From: Flavobacteriales bacterium AspAUS03
GTDB taxonomy: Bacteria; Bacteroidota; Bacteroidia; Flavobacteriales; Blattabacteriaceae
Assembly: GCA_047528275.1 (NCBI GenBank)
Contig: CP180023.1
Span: 11,589-75,588, forward strand
Direction: 5' to 3'
DNA: 64,000 nt
Part shown: piece after piece, positions 62,612-64,000 of the stretch
How the letters are laid out: the number at the start of each line of letters is the position of its first letter
Numbering within the stretch: position 1 is the first letter of the stretch
Made by a program: the position numbers and the translations under genes
Notes under the pieces: generated by a model
What the model saw: only the letters and a program-made list of their open reading frames with translations
The model's database searches: none
Told to the model about the DNA's origin: nothing

Positions 62612-63274
62612 ATGGCTCTGATCCTCCATTTAGAAACCGCTACTAAAAATTGCTCGGTAAGCATCGCCCGAGACGGAAACCGATTAGCCCTAGTAGAAGA
62701 ACGAGAAGACGACTACACCCATGCCGAGAAATTACATCGATTCATCCAATACGCTTTAGAAGGAGCAGCTATAGATCTAGCAAACCTAGATGCTATCTGT
62801 GTGAGTAAAGGACCAGGATCCTATACAGGCTTAAGGATAGGTACCTCAGCTGCCAAAGGTTTTTGTTACAGTCTAGGCATCCCATTGCTATCCATCGACA
62901 CATTAACCGTGATGACCCAAGCAGTATCCACAGAGACGGGTATTTTGATCCCTATGATCGATGCCCAGCATAAAGAAGTTTACACAACAACCTTTGACCA
63001 TTATAGAAAAATGTTAAGTCCAATCATTGCAAAAATACTGGACGAACACTCCTTTAAAGAATACTCAGAACAAAAGATTTATCTCTTCGGAAACGGAGCA
63101 ATAAAAGCTCGAGACATTTTGAAAATAGATTTCGAATACCTCCCTAATATCTATCCTTCATCCAACTACATGGTAAACCTTGCTGAAGATTTATTTCATC
63201 AAAAAGCCTTTGAAAACACTGCCTATTTTGAGCCATTTTATTTGAAAGACGTCTCATCTATTAGGACTAATTAA
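62612..63274 (+). CDS. tsaB: tRNA threonylcarbamoyladenosine biosynthesis protein TsaB
   Basis: A 220-aa ORF with ILHLETATKNCSVSI and VSKGPGSYTGLRIGTSAAKG. Confidence 0.9.
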   Translation: MALILHLETATKNCSVSIARDGNRLALVEEREDDYTHAEKLHRFIQYALEGAAIDLANLDAICVSKGPGSYTGLRIGTSAAKGFCYSLGIPLLSIDTLTVMTQAVSTETGILIPMIDAQHKEVYTTTFDHYRKMLSPIIAKILDEHSFKEYSEQKIYLFGNGAIKARDILKIDFEYLPNIYPSSNYMVNLAEDLFHQKAFENTAYFEPFYLKDVSSIRTN

Positions 63275-64000
63275 TCCATTAGATTTGTATAAAAAAAATA
63301 AATTATAATAAAAAAATATGATCTTAAAAAAGATACCTATAAATGGATTTTATTATTCCAAAATCTCCACTCATTTTTATAAAAATCCTTCTATTCAATG
63401 ATAAACAGTGCTACACATATCTTATTTTTATTACAGATCAATATATGATATAATTAATTATATAAAAAAAATTAACAATAAATAAATTTATTTGATCATT
63501 TGAATAGAAACCACATAAAAATCAATCATAATATAAGAAGGTTTTTACTAGTAAGCACCTTATTACCACCTATTCACTGCCCAAGTAGGACATGGAGGTA
63601 TACATGTAGGAAATAGTTTGATATTTATCAAAAACAATACATTCGTTTATCCTAAAGAAGGTCTTCATGTAAAAAAGAATGGGAAATAGAATGTTGGGAC
63701 AATATCAAGTTGGACAGCCTATACAAAAATGATGAGAAATACGGTGCTAAAAACATATAATTCAACTTAATAGACGAACAAAATCACAGAAAACTAATCA
63801 TACAACAAGATCAAAAATCCGAAGAGCAGGTCACTTTCGATTGGAGGAGCTACTATGCTCCAAAATCCGTGTTAGTCCTTCCAATTTCAATACGAAACTT
63901 ACAAACTAGAAAATCACCTGCTTAGAGAGATAGGCGAACCCTATAGAAGTTAATCTATAGAAGATTCCAACTACAACAACGATTTTACTTTCTTCCATTA

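Noticed and set aside
1-64000. I considered whether sequencing or assembly error (for example homopolymer indels) explains the many broken genes.
   Set aside because: Many lesions are substitution-type TAA, TAG or TGA stops, not only frameshifts. Conserved catalytic motifs have also decayed. Genes of up to 1139 aa between the wrecks are flawless. Read-level confirmation is still advisable.

Overview
This is a low-GC chromosomal window that looks like a Flavobacteriia-type Bacteroidota genome. The taxonomic call is an inference from the GldB/GldC gliding genes, a six-gene alternative complex III (ACIII) operon, a fused ResB-CcsA protein, the ileS-dksA-like-lspA arrangement, and TAnnTTTG-type promoter elements. 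I can support about 35 intact protein genes and 2 tRNAs (Asn-GTT and Ala-GGC). Intact genes cover replication and translation (dnaG, ileS, tsaB), respiration and haem (actABCDEF, ccsBA, hemH, korB), Fe-S and cofactor supply (sufE, a SufT-like DUF59 protein, nadE, a polyprenyl synthase), the envelope (lspA, a Prc-like protease, a SPOR protein, a LamB-like porin, an SPFH protein) and stress or repair (bcp, nth, surE). Summing the intact CDS coordinates gives about 37 kb of 64 kb, or roughly 58% intact coding density, which is very low for a bacterium. Most of the remainder is recognisable gene debris. At least 14 pseudogenes carry in-frame stops or frameshifts: recA, ruvB, queG, an AlkZ/YcaQ-like glycosylase, two tandem M16 peptidases, a DppC-like ABC permease, gldB, a TolC-like gene, a CsaA-like tRNA-binding gene, a radical-SAM/SPASM maturase with a GG-leader-type precursor ORF, and others. 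A 2.2 kb extremely AT-rich tract has no ORFs. I found no CRISPR array, transposase, integrase, prophage or rRNA. I do not see a convincing intact novel multi-gene system. The most unusual content is the pattern of reductive genome decay, in which homologous recombination genes are dead while aerobic respiration genes are kept. Other notable items are a relic RiPP locus, an orphan korB, the AT-rich tract, and a few atypical but probably lineage-typical proteins. All calls come from manual reading of the ORF track and hand translation. Pseudogene boundaries are approximate, and family assignments rest on remembered motifs, not searches.
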